Source: Candidatus Krumholzibacteriia bacterium (lineage in GTDB: Bacteria > Krumholzibacteriota > Krumholzibacteriia > Krumholzibacteriales > Krumholzibacteriaceae). Taken from it: a stretch of 64,000 nt of DNA. The position numbers and the translations under genes were made by a program. The stretch covers positions 1,152,001 to 1,216,000 of the forward strand of contig CAWIIQ010000001.1 in NCBI GenBank assembly GCA_963836185.1. The letters run 5' to 3'. Shown here piece by piece: positions 1 through 10,366 of the stretch; position 1 is the first letter of the stretch, and each line of letters begins with the position of its first letter. Below the pieces are notes generated by a model. That model saw nothing but the letters and a program-made list of their open reading frames with translations. It had not been told where the DNA came from and did no database searches.

Positions 1-3000
1 GCCCGAGCCGTCCCTGCCGTCCCAGGCTGTTGAATGAGCGCCCGCGTCGAATCTCATCGAGCACACCGTCCTGACAAGCCTGCCTGAAACATCGTATATG
101 CTCAGCTCTACATGTCCGCCGGCGGAGAGCTCGAAGGGGATGCTGGTAGAGGGATTGAACGGATTGGGCCAGGCAGGCAGAAGCCTTGTCGCCTCCGGGA
201 TGCCTGATACGGGATCCTCCGTACCGGTCACCCGGTCGGTGGTCACCGAGATGTCGTCGATATACCAGCCTTCGAATCCGTACTGCTCGTCGCTGGCGAA
301 GTGAAACCGGATCATGGCCGGCCCCGACCAGGCGGAAAGATCGAATATCTCCTGTTTCCAGACTATCGTCCCGGAGAAACAGCGTTCGTACGCCGCGAGG
401 AATATAGTGTTGGTGGAAGCGGCCCGGCACGGGTAGTTACCCGAGGGCGTGATCGTCTGCCATGTCTCCCCGAAGTCGGAAGAGATCTCGACGATGGCTC
501 CATCGCGGGCCCAGTACGGGTAGACCGAAGTAGCCTCCGCTTCCATCCTGTGCCAGAAGCTCAGTGTCGTGTTCGAGCCGAGACAGAGGGGAGGAGTGAC
601 GAGAAACGATTCGGTCATGTTGGCGTAGACATCACCGTCCTTACCACCGCATTTCCAGCTGTGGGGAGGCGTGTTGAAGTCCTCGCCGCTGAGCCGCCAT
701 CCGTCATACCCGGTGACCGGTACGTGAGAGCATACGGATAGTTCGCCGTCCGGATCAGCCAGTTCGTAACCGCAGGTCATGACGACCAGCGTATCGGTCC
801 TCGGCGCGATGTTTTCCCCGGAAAAGGTCAGCATGACCTCGACCGGGGAGAAGGGTGGGGTGGACTCCCTGATGAATATCTCGAGTTCGGGGGACAGGAC
901 AATCGATGAACCGATAGGGATGTCGTCGAGAGAGACGAGCTTTTTTATCGCTCTGGCCCAGCCGTTCGCCGGGCAGGATATGGTGACCCTGGGAGATACG
1001 ATATCCACGCTTCCGTTGTTCGTCCAGCCGGCCTCTACGATTAGGAACTCCCACGCATCGATGCAGCCGTTCCCGTTTCCGTCTTCAGCATCGCTCAACT
1101 CGAACAGGTCAAGGATGAGCCCGGGAGCGTTCAACGCGATAGTATGACGGGATACACTCTTGTCGAGATCCGATTCTATCTCTATGTCGAAACTCGCTAT
1201 GTGCCCGTCGGGGGCCGATTCAGAGACATCGACCGTGAATGCGGCCGGCATGATGGTCGTCGTATTCGGAGGCATATCGCCGAGCGAGCGGATATCGACG
1301 ACCGGAGAGAGGCATTCGTCTTCAACATCGAGCTTTATGACAGTATTTTTCGATATCTGTCCACTGTTGTTCGATACTATAAGATCGATCTTCACAGTCT
1401 CGCCGCTCTCTATCAGTCCGTCCCCGTCTCCCGTGCCGTATTCTCCGCTGTCATCGATGGCGAGCCATCCGATATCCATGAAAGCTACGGCAGGTCCGGC
1501 AACGGGCAGAAGCGCGTTGTATGTGAAGTGTCCCGGTGCGTTTGCGATGAGCTCGAGTTCAGACGCGCCGGTCGTTTCCACGAAGAGCCGCGCCACCCCG
1601 TCAGGTCCGGTCAGCTCTGTGTAGTAGAATTCAGGCTCGGAGGACATCAGGGAAACGCGAGCTCCTTCGACGGGACCATCGACGCAGGATACAGCGACCT
1701 CGATAAAGTTCTCGCCTGATTCGAGTGAATCGCGGTGGTCCACGAGAAGAGCGCACGGTTCGCCTGTCCAGATGTCCATCGCCGGATCGCCTAGAAGGCA
1801 CATCTCGTACATCACGTACCTGACGGCGGCATACGAGAGGAAGGGTATGTTGTCGGTCCTCGAGTCGTCCAGCGCACGGCCTGCCGAGGTGATGCCCTCA
1901 CCGAAAAGGGCGTCGAAGAACTGGCGGTCGAAGAACTGTGAAACGCCGCAGGTCGATCCGGGCGCGCTCCAGCCGAGGCGGGTGTTTCCGATAAAGGCCA
2001 CGGCACCTTCGGGCCCGGTCACGAGCTGCTCACCGACGCAATCCTCCGAGTAGTAGGCGCCAGCGTCGTCCCTGTTGTCGAACGAAGCGGGATAGCAGCC
2101 CTGCGAGTAGCAGACGAAAGGCATCCCGCCTGCGGTGACGTTGTCGAGCCGCCAGAGATCGTAGATCGGGAGCCTCATCACCGAGTGCAGGTTGGTGTGC
2201 CCGAGATGATTGACAAGGTTAACGCCTCCGTTAAGGAGCGGCATGAGCTCTCCGAGCCCCCATGTGCCGGTATCACGGTCGTAGACCGTCGTAACAGAGA
2301 ACTCCGCGGGGATACCGGCCGAGGTGAATCCATAGTCGACGGAACCGGATATTATCTCATCCTTGCAGTCGCCTCCCCAGGTGTCGGTGCCGTCTATCGA
2401 CCAGAGAAGCTCGCCGGCCATCAGGGCCGTCGTGCTTTTGCCTGCCGGCGGAGTCTCGGTATAGAGTATCAGCTTGTTGACGAATGCCTCGATCTGGGCC
2501 GCGCTGTCTACGGGGAGCCTGCCGACACTTACCTCGGGCAGGAGGTCCTCTTCGCCAGGTTCGCCGAAGTAGGAATCGCCGTCGGAGTTCCAGTTGCCGT
2601 CGAGGCACGAGTAGTAGAGATCGCTCGGGATGTCGGTCTCGATCTCCGTTCCCGCCTTGACGTACATGCCCCTGTGAGGGATGACGTCTATATCTCCGCC
2701 GAGGAGGACATACTCGGTCTGCCACTCCTCCCACGCGTACCGGATGAACTGGCGGATTCGTTCCTGGATGTCCGCTCCCGGATAACCGGCGTCGATCGAT
2801 GCTGTCGTGACTATCTCGACTCTCAGCCCGTGATGTTCCCTGAAGGCGGCGAGCTGCTCGAAGGGCCCGGCCAGCTCCTCTGATGTGATAATGACGTACG
2901 GGACCGGGCTGGCGGACAGATAGCTGCCCGGCAGCGCGTCGCCGACTGTGCCGTAGATCGACAGGCCGTCCGGATTCTCGACATCGGCCGACAGGGAAGC

Positions 3001-3570
3001 GGCGGCCCTGGCGGTACTGCGCGCGTGGATGCCGCTGTCCGCCGCCGGACCTTTGCGTGTTTCGATGGTCACGGTGACCTCAGGAGTGAAAAGGGCCCTG
3101 TTTTCGGACCCGGATGGTCTGAGGGGATAGATGTTGATGAAAGCGAGACGCACACCGGCTCGGCGCTGCACCGAAGTCAGTTCACCCGGCGATGGCGGCC
3201 AGAACTCCGCGCTGCCGTATATCGAGGGATCGCGGCCCTCGATCCCGGTCCACCGCTGCCCGAGAGCGACCTGGTCCGGCATCGGCGCGGCAGGCGCCGG
3301 CATCGATACCGTCTCGGTCCGGGAGGGGATGACGTTGACCGAGACGATCTCATCGCCTGGCGGCAGAGCGAACACTGCCGGATAGACCGGTACCATCGGC
3401 GCGCCGGGGCGCGCTATCGTCCTGCAGCCCTCGATAGTGATGAGTACCTCGCCGCTGGATACGGCGAATCCCGGGTGCTCGAAAGTGAGGACCTTCGTTA
3501 TCGTTGCCGGCCTTGCGTCTGTGGCGAGAATCAGCAAAGCAAGGAGCGAAGCTGCGATGTGTGCTTTCAT
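1..3570 (-). CDS. Secreted C25-family (gingipain-like) cysteine peptidase with propeptide, accessory beta domains and C-terminal FlgD-Ig-like tail; 3' end runs off the window
   Basis: Not in ORF track (no stop in window). Manual translation of sampled segments from ATG 3570: signal peptide MKAHIAASLLALLILA, C25 motifs YVIITSEEL, EYVLLGGD, SDLYYSCLDG, VGRLP, NHLGH (catalytic His), SQGC (catalytic Cys), LLGDP; tail WPNPFNPSTSIPF...IYDVSGRLVR...WDGRDGSG. Confidence 0.9.
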   Translation of the reverse strand, partial: MKAHIAASLLALLILATDARPATITKVLTFEHPGFAVSSGEVLITIEGCRTIARPGAPMVPVYPAVFALPPGDEIVSVNVIPSRTETVSMPAPAAPMPDQVALGQRWTGIEGRDPSIYGSAEFWPPSPGELTSVQRRAGVRLAFINIYPLRPSGSENRALFTPEVTVTIETRKGPAADSGIHARSTARAAASLSADVENPDGLSIYGTVGDALPGSYLSASPVPYVIITSEELAGPFEQLAAFREHHGLRVEIVTTASIDAGYPGADIQERIRQFIRYAWEEWQTEYVLLGGDIDVIPHRGMYVKAGTEIETDIPSDLYYSCLDGNWNSDGDSYFGEPGEEDLLPEVSVGRLPVDSAAQIEAFVNKLILYTETPPAGKSTTALMAGELLWSIDGTDTWGGDCKDEIISGSVDYGFTSAGIPAEFSVTTVYDRDTGTWGLGELMPLLNGGVNLVNHLGHTNLHSVMRLPIYDLWRLDNVTAGGMPFVCYSQGCYPASFDNRDDAGAYYSEDCVGEQLVTGPEGAVAFIGNTRLGWSAPGSTCGVSQFFDRQFFDALFGEGITSAGRALDDSRTDNIPFLSYAAVRYVMYEMCLLGDPAMDIWTGEPCALLVDHRDSLESGENFIEVAVSCVDGPVEGARVSLMSSEPEFYYTELTGPDGVARLFVETTGASELELIANAPGHFTYNALLPVAGPAVAFMDIGWLAIDDSGEYGTGDGDGLIESGETVKIDLIVSNNSGQISKNTVIKLDVEDECLSPVVDIRSLGDMPPNTTTIMPAAFTVDVSESAPDGHIASFDIEIESDLDKSVSRHTIALNAPGLILDLFELSDAEDGNGNGCIDAWEFLIVEAGWTNNGSVDIVSPRVTISCPANGWARAIKKLVSLDDIPIGSSIVLSPELEIFIRESTPPFSPVEVMLTFSGENIAPRTDTLVVMTCGYELADPDGELSVCSHVPVTGYDGWRLSGEDFNTPPHSWKCGGKDGDVYANMTESFLVTPPLCLGSNTTLSFWHRMEAEATSVYPYWARDGAIVEISSDFGETWQTITPSGNYPCRAASTNTIFLAAYERCFSGTIVWKQEIFDLSAWSGPAMIRFHFASDEQYGFEGWYIDDISVTTDRVTGTEDPVSGIPEATRLLPAWPNPFNPSTSIPFELSAGGHVELSIYDVSGRLVRTVCSMRFDAGAHSTAWDGRDGSG

Positions 3571-3622
3571 CCCGTTGCCGGTAGTGTCCTGGCTATAGGT
3601 GTCTATTCAGTATAACCGGTGG

Positions 3623-3631
3623 ATTATAACA
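3623..3631 (-). promoter_or_regulatory. Extended -10 promoter (TGnTATAAT) upstream of C25 peptidase
   Basis: Minus strand reads TGTTATAAT about 50 nt upstream of the ATG. Confidence 0.45.
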
Positions 3632-3721
3632 CGTTTCCAGACCGTTTATAAAGGGATTTTGCTGGAAACGGCGGCTGAGGTTCGGCTAGTATCGATCTGT
3701 GAAAGGGAGGCACTGAGCGAG

Positions 3722-4009
3722 ATGCCCGAAAAGGATGAGTCGAAGTCGGTCCGTGTCAGGGTCAGCGGTGTCGTTCAGGGAGTGGGATTTCGATATTATA
3801 CCCACCGCGTCGCAGTAAGCCTCGGCCTTGACGGTTATGTGAGGAATATGAGCGACGGGTCGGTAGAGGCGGCGGTCCAGGGGGAAGCGGAGATGGTCGA
3901 CCTCTTTCTCGAGAAGGTGGCGAAAGGCCCTCCAGGGTCGAGAGTCAGAGGGATAAGGGTCAGCGAATCGCCGGGCACTATTTACGAAGGATTCGAAATA
4001 AGGCTCTGA
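3722..4009 (+). CDS. acyP: Acylphosphatase
   Basis: VSGVVQGVGFRY and GYVRNMSDGSVE signature motifs; ATG at 3722. Confidence 0.93.
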   Translation: MPEKDESKSVRVRVSGVVQGVGFRYYTHRVAVSLGLDGYVRNMSDGSVEAAVQGEAEMVDLFLEKVAKGPPGSRVRGIRVSESPGTIYEGFEIRL

Positions 4010-4011
4010 TC

Positions 4012-4760
4012 ATGAAGAAAAAGAAGATACACCTGATAGACGTGACCGACTTCCGCCTCTCGGACGGGAGCGGGAGCGCGGAGTGGTTCACCGATGCTTT
4101 CGCCGCGCTCGGCCTCGGCGGGGAAGCGGATCTCGTCATACATGACGGGGTCGCAGGTCAGTTCCCGCCTGTCGAAGAGTGCCTCCGGGAGGGCGCCGGA
4201 ACAATGATCTCGGGGAGCCACGGCCCTGTATGGGAGAAGAAGAAGTGGATCCCCCCCTGATGGAGTTTGCGAGGGAACTGCACGAGCGCGGATGCTGGCT
4301 GCTCGGAATCTGCTTCGGGCACCAGGTCCTCGGCCATGCCCTCGGAGGCGAGGTCGTGATGAATCCCCGCGGGAGAGAGATGGGGACGGTCCCCGTCTAT
4401 CTCACCGAAGATGGAAAGAAGAGCCCGCTGCTTGCCGGGTTCGATTCGGGCGATATGGCCAGCCTTATGCACAGGACCCATGTCTCGAAGCTTCCCGAAG
4501 GAGCTGTGAGGCTCGCATACAACAGGATGACACCTAACCAGGCCTTCGTGACCGGCCGGTCGTACGGCTACCAGCCCCATCCGGAACTTACGCCTTATCA
4601 TCTTCGGCAGATGGCGGACCGCTACGCACCTGTCCTGATCAGGAAAGAAAAGTTCGTGGACGACGAGGAGCATCTCGATAATTTCATGGACTCTTTCGTG
4701 GAGACGCCCGCTTCGATGGCTGTTCTGGGAAATTTCGTCTCGATGATAGATTCGGAATGA
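4012..4760 (+). CDS. Class I glutamine amidotransferase, frameshifted in a C7 run at ~4251-4257
   Basis: ORFs 4012-4260 and 4179-4760 join as ...WIPPLMEFAR... if one C is added; GICFGHQ nucleophile and QPHPE motifs. Confidence 0.85.
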
Positions 4761-4769
4761 TTCCATTCT

Positions 4770-4797
4770 GGAACTTTTCACGGCCCACGATATATAA
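4770..4797 (+). promoter_or_regulatory. Possible RpoE-type ECF promoter of degP (GGAACTT-N16-TATAA)
   Basis: The -35 GGAACTT matches the RpoE consensus; the -10 only partly matches. Confidence 0.35.
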
Positions 4798-4839
4798 CGT
4801 TAAAGCATTACGGTTCACACGCATCACGGAGGTAGAGAG

Positions 4840-6279
4840 GTGAAGCAACGGATGAGGTTTTCAGGGTCGATCGTCCTTCTCGCACTGGCGGCCGCTCTTT
4901 TCGCGGCCGGATTTCACGGGGGAAGAACGTATGCGATAAATGGTCCCGCTGCTCTGATATCGGCGCCGGTATCGGCCGCCGCGCAGGAAGAGAGCCTGCC
5001 CGATGTGATCGACAGGGTGAGCTGCTCAGTTGTATCGATAGAGTCAAAGAAGATGGTGACGGCGGGCCGTGAGCATCCGATGATGAACGATCCTTTCTGG
5101 CGCAGGTTCTTTGAGCAGCCGCAGGAGCGCGAGCAGCAGAACTTCGGCTCCGGAGTGGTCGTCAGCGACGAAGGATACATACTTACTAACAATCACCTCG
5201 TCGGCGGAGCGACCGAGGTCCTGGTCAAGTGCACCGACGGTCGGGAGTTCGAGGCAGAAGTGGTGGGCGCCGACGCCCAGTCGGACGTAGCGGTGATAAA
5301 GGTCGAGGCCGGTCAGCTGCCCGCCATCACGCTGGGAAGTTCGAAGAGCCTCCGCCTCGGTGAGACGGTCCTTGCGATCGGGTACCCGTTTGGTATCGGC
5401 CAGACGGTCACGAAAGGGATCATCAGCGCGCAGGGCAAGTCCCTCGGCCTGGTCGACTACGAGGACTTCATCCAGACGGATGCCGCGATCAATCCGGGCA
5501 ATTCGGGAGGCGCCCTGATCAATGAGAAAGGCGAGCTGATCGGGATCAATACGGCGATCGCCTCAAGGAGCGGGGGAAGTCAGGGTATCGGCTTCGCAAT
5601 CCCTGTAGATTTCGCGAACTCGATCATGGAGAAGCTGATTACGGACGGCCGGGTCGTCAGAGGTTACGTCGGAGTCCGGCCCGATGATATAACGAGCGAC
5701 ATGGTCGAGTTCTTCGACCTCGAGAGCAAGGATGGAGTCCTGATAACGACTGTAGCTCCTGATAAGCCGGCCGACAGGGCCGGGATCAAGAGGGGTGACG
5801 TGATCGTCGAGTTCGACGGTGAGAAGATAAAAGACACCAACCAGTTCCGGATGCTCGCCGCCGAGGCGCAGCCCGGTGACAGGGTCGATGTCGTGATCGT
5901 GCGTGATGGAAAGAAAAAGACCGTAGAACTCAAGATAGGCGAAAGAGACGACGAGACCGCTGAGGCCTCGAAGGACGAGAACGCCGAGGACATCTCGCCA
6001 CTTTTCCTCGGTGTGGGCCTTCAGTCGCTGAAGGACGAGTACAGGGAGGCGCTAGAGCTTCCGAACGATATCGACGGTATCATAGTCACTGATGTCCAGA
6101 GGGGGACCCCGGCGGCCGAGGCCGGCTTGAGGCAGGGAGACGTGATAGTAGAGGTAGACAAGAAGCAGATAGAAAATCTGGATGACTTTCGGAACGTAAT
6201 GGACGATTATGACGAGGACAAGGTCATGGTAGTGATCTTCCGCGGAGGCGGCTATTTCTACACCATGATCAGGCAGTAG
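4840..6279 (+). CDS. degP: DegP/HtrA periplasmic serine protease with two PDZ domains
   Basis: LTNNH, DVAVIK and IQTDAAINPGNSGG triad motifs; two PDZ repeats; signal/anchor segment; GGAGG RBS. Confidence 0.95.
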   Translation: MKQRMRFSGSIVLLALAAALFAAGFHGGRTYAINGPAALISAPVSAAAQEESLPDVIDRVSCSVVSIESKKMVTAGREHPMMNDPFWRRFFEQPQEREQQNFGSGVVVSDEGYILTNNHLVGGATEVLVKCTDGREFEAEVVGADAQSDVAVIKVEAGQLPAITLGSSKSLRLGETVLAIGYPFGIGQTVTKGIISAQGKSLGLVDYEDFIQTDAAINPGNSGGALINEKGELIGINTAIASRSGGSQGIGFAIPVDFANSIMEKLITDGRVVRGYVGVRPDDITSDMVEFFDLESKDGVLITTVAPDKPADRAGIKRGDVIVEFDGEKIKDTNQFRMLAAEAQPGDRVDVVIVRDGKKKTVELKIGERDDETAEASKDENAEDISPLFLGVGLQSLKDEYREALELPNDIDGIIVTDVQRGTPAAEAGLRQGDVIVEVDKKQIENLDDFRNVMDDYDEDKVMVVIFRGGGYFYTMIRQ

Positions 6280-6302
6280 CCTGCCGGGTATTTAATATAC
6301 GC

Positions 6303-6329
6303 GGGCCGGGCCTGTGCCCGGCCCTTTTT
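6303..6329 (+). terminator. Rho-independent terminator after degP
   Basis: GGGCCGGGC-CTGT-GCCCGGCCC followed by T5. Confidence 0.8.
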
Positions 6330-6345
6330 ATGAAAGGGACCGAAT

Positions 6346-7026
6346 ATGTCTGTTGTCATCCTGGTTGTTGTAATACTTATATCGGCGTTGATAATCAAAG
6401 TCGGAGCGATAGCCCTGAGAATGACCGGGATCGACAGAGAGACCGCGGGATTCCAGGCCCTGTCGGCCTTCACAGGGACAGGCTTTACTACATCCGAGGC
6501 TGAGAACATCGTCAATCACCCGCGCAGGCGAAGGGTGGTCAAGGGGCTGATGATCCTCGGAAACGCAGGTATAGTGACGGCCCTCGCGATGCTGTTCCTG
6601 TCACTGCAGGGAGCGACTGTGACAAACGCGCTCGCGAAATTCGGCGTCATAGGCCTTATAGTCATGATTCTCCTGGCATTTCCTCTTTCGAAAGGACTCG
6701 ATTCCCTGCTGGAGAACTTCATCATGAAAAGGCTTTCGAAGAGCACGCACTTCTCGATGGGGGCCTTCTCCCAGATCATGAGATTCGCTAAAGGGTACGG
6801 GATAGCCGAGCTCGTGGTCAGCGACTCGGACCGGCTCTCGGGGAAGACGCTTGCCGAGTCGGGGCTTACGAGCAGCGATGTGCTCGTGCTGGCGATACGC
6901 AGGGGACACGGGATGATCCCCACCCCGAAGGCGGGAGAGACGATCCGGCCCGATGACAGGCTCGTATGCTTCGGCCCGTTGAACAATATCGCATCGGCCG
7001 TCGAACAGAAAAAGGAAGAGGCATAA
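6346..7026 (+). CDS. Membrane protein with C-terminal TrkA-C (RCK_C) domain
   Basis: FQALSAFTGTGFTTSEAE pore-like motif, three TM segments, GKTLAE...VLAIRRG...P...I..DDRL RCK_C pattern. Confidence 0.85.
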   Translation: MSVVILVVVILISALIIKVGAIALRMTGIDRETAGFQALSAFTGTGFTTSEAENIVNHPRRRRVVKGLMILGNAGIVTALAMLFLSLQGATVTNALAKFGVIGLIVMILLAFPLSKGLDSLLENFIMKRLSKSTHFSMGAFSQIMRFAKGYGIAELVVSDSDRLSGKTLAESGLTSSDVLVLAIRRGHGMIPTPKAGETIRPDDRLVCFGPLNNIASAVEQKKEEA

Positions 7027-7053
7027 AAAAAGGCCCGCCGGTTCAGGCGGGCC
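7025..7053 (-). terminator. Terminator for ino1
   Basis: GGCCCGCC-N6-GGCGGGCC hairpin adjacent to A7 (T7 on minus strand). Confidence 0.75.
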
Positions 7054-7080
7054 CCGTTAATACCACATTTCAGGTCCTGA

Positions 7081-8394
<1,314 letters not shown>

Positions 8395-8455
8395 GCTCGT
8401 TTTTTTCCTTTCGGACAAATTGTGGTCTGGAATCCTTTCGACTAATCTCTCACTC

Positions 8456-8484
8456 TTGACAGGATTAACCAAATTTATTATACT
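8456..8484 (+). promoter_or_regulatory. Sigma70 promoter of lysR-IMPase
   Basis: TTGACA (8456-8461), 17 nt, TATACT (8479-8484). Confidence 0.8.
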
Positions 8485-8494
8485 AATAAAAAGG

Positions 8495-8509
8495 ATAAGT
8501 AAAACTTAT
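8495..8509. promoter_or_regulatory. LysR-type T-N11-A operator
   Basis: Perfect inverted repeat ATAAGT-AAA-ACTTAT overlapping the lysR start; a second one, TTTATTA-TAC-TAATAAA, overlaps the -10. Confidence 0.65.
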
Positions 8510-9434
8510 GGATATGAGAGCCCTGAAATATATGCTCAGCGTAGAGGAGACTGGAAGCATCACAGCCGCCGCGAAGGCACATTTTGTGACACAGCCGGCT
8601 GTAAGCATCCAGCTCAAGAAACTTCAGGAGGATCTCGGAACAGACCTGTTCGAGGTCGTCGGCAGGGAGATAAGGTTTACATCGGCGGGGAGGATGGTTC
8701 TCGACTATGCGAGGCGGATGTACGCGCTCGAGAAGGAGATGGAGGGGGAGATATCGGGAATCACCGGGCTGGTGCGCGGAGAGGTGTCGATAGGGACGAT
8801 CGACGCGGCCAGCATCTATATCCTGCCGGCCGTCTATTCCTCGTTCAGCCGGAAATATCCAGGCATAGACCTGCAGGTGGATGTATCACCGACATTGCCC
8901 CTCGTTGAAAGGATGCTCGACGGGAAGCTCGATTTCGTCGTCGGGACACTTACGGGAGAGAAGAGGCCGGGAGTCGAAGAGATGGAGATCTTCAGGGAGA
9001 AGCTGATCCCGATAGCCCCGCCCGGCCATCCGGCCGCGGCGAAGCGCGGCGTCGACGTCGGAACCTTCGCGGGGTATCCGTTCATCTCCTTTCACCGCGA
9101 ATCATTGACGAGGCGGATGATCGAAGCGGCTCTCCTCGATATGGGAGTGACCCTCGAGGTAGCGATGGAGATAGACAGCCAGGAGGCGATAAAGAATCTT
9201 GTCGCCTCTGGCCTCGGCCTCTCGATCCTTCCGCACGAGACGGTGAGGGGGGAGATAGAGAGGGGCACACTTGCCAGTTCGAAGGTAAAGGGCCTGAAGA
9301 TAGAGCGCTCGATCGGGCTTATCATGCCTGGGCAGAGACATGTGACGGCGGCAGCGAGGGCCTTTCTCGATGTGATGAAAAACGAACTGAAGATAGATCT
9401 GCCCGCGGCAGAGGGAAGGGAAAGTGATGGATAA
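8508..9434 (+). CDS. LysR-family transcriptional regulator
   Basis: GSITAAAKAHFVTQPAVSIQLKKLQEDLG HTH; LysR substrate domain (IKNLVASGLGLSILP). Confidence 0.95.
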   Translation: MDMRALKYMLSVEETGSITAAAKAHFVTQPAVSIQLKKLQEDLGTDLFEVVGREIRFTSAGRMVLDYARRMYALEKEMEGEISGITGLVRGEVSIGTIDAASIYILPAVYSSFSRKYPGIDLQVDVSPTLPLVERMLDGKLDFVVGTLTGEKRPGVEEMEIFREKLIPIAPPGHPAAAKRGVDVGTFAGYPFISFHRESLTRRMIEAALLDMGVTLEVAMEIDSQEAIKNLVASGLGLSILPHETVRGEIERGTLASSKVKGLKIERSIGLIMPGQRHVTAAARAFLDVMKNELKIDLPAAEGRESDG

Positions 9435-10245
9435 AAGGACGGCAGCTGCGAAAGAGGCGGTGCTGGCCGCCGGAGAACTAGTAAGGGAGAGGTTCGGCGA
9501 GAGGGCCTGCCTCGGTGTCGAGGAAAAGGACAGGAACGACTTTGTGACGGCGACCGACAAGGCGAGCGAGAAACTGATAGTCTCGATGCTGACCCGGGCT
9601 TATCCCGATATCCCTGTCATGGCCGAAGAGGGCGGGGGAAAGGTCGGTGAGAAGCTCTTCTGGGTGATCGATCCCCTCGACGGGACGACAAACTTCATCC
9701 ACGGGTATCCCCAGGTCGGAGTGAGTGTCGCGCTTATAGAGGAGAGAAGGCCCATTGTCGGGGTTACATACGACCCGATCAGAGATGAGATCTTTACCGC
9801 TTCCAGAGGCGAGGGAGCATTCATCAACGGACGGCGTCTGTCCATCTCACCGGAGCAGAGTCTCGAGAAGTCCCTTCTCGGTACCGGGTTCCCTTTCCGC
9901 ACATATGAATATCTCGATCCCTATCTCGACACATTCAGGGACCTTTTTCTCAGGTGCCGCGGAGTGAGGCGGGCCGGCGCCGCGGTACTCGATCTCGCCC
10001 ACCTGGCCGCTGGAAGGCTCGAAGGATTCTGGGAGCTCTACCTCAAGCCGTGGGATATGGCGGCGGGGGCGCTGATGATCGAGGAGGCGGGAGGTATCGT
10101 GACCGATTTCTTCGGAGGCGGAGAATATCTTTCAGCTGGAAACATTGTCGCCGGTAACAGCGTCATACATGGGGAGATCGTCAAGGTGACGGAAGGATCG
10201 TTTACGAGGGAGTCGACCGCCGCTCTCGCTAACGGTCTCATATAG
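9427..10245 (+). CDS. suhB: Inositol monophosphatase family protein
   Basis: WVIDPLDGTTNF and KPWDMAAG motifs; overlaps the lysR stop. Confidence 0.92.
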   Translation: MDKRTAAAKEAVLAAGELVRERFGERACLGVEEKDRNDFVTATDKASEKLIVSMLTRAYPDIPVMAEEGGGKVGEKLFWVIDPLDGTTNFIHGYPQVGVSVALIEERRPIVGVTYDPIRDEIFTASRGEGAFINGRRLSISPEQSLEKSLLGTGFPFRTYEYLDPYLDTFRDLFLRCRGVRRAGAAVLDLAHLAAGRLEGFWELYLKPWDMAAGALMIEEAGGIVTDFFGGGEYLSAGNIVAGNSVIHGEIVKVTEGSFTRESTAALANGLI

Positions 10246-10251
10246 AATTAA

Positions 10252-10309
10252 AGGCGGGTGCGGCCCAGGCTGGGTCCAGGCGTGAACCCGGCCGGGTCGG
10301 TGCCCGCCT
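10252..10309 (+). other. Long imperfect RNA hairpin in the IMPase 3' UTR
   Basis: AGGCGGGTGCGGCCCAGGCTGGGT pairs with ACCCGGCCGGGTCGGTGCCCGCCT, about 23 bp including four G-U pairs on the plus strand. Confidence 0.55.
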
Positions 10310-10313
10310 GAAT

Positions 10314-10350
10314 AAAAAAAAGGGGGAGCGCCCCGCCAGGCTCTCCCCCC
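10314..10350 (-). terminator. Terminator for the minus-strand lipoprotein gene
   Basis: GGGGGAGAGCC...GGCGCTCCCCC stem followed by T8 on the minus strand. Confidence 0.75.
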
Positions 10351-10366
10351 GCGCAAGAGGTGGATG

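Noticed and set aside
98-3615. Many plus-strand ORFs of 60-230 aa
   Set aside because: They are antisense shadows of the long minus-strand C25 peptidase frame, typical of high-GC DNA.
4251-4257. C7 tract as phase variation or programmed frameshift
   Set aside because: The tract is short, and many similar indels elsewhere point to sequencing error.
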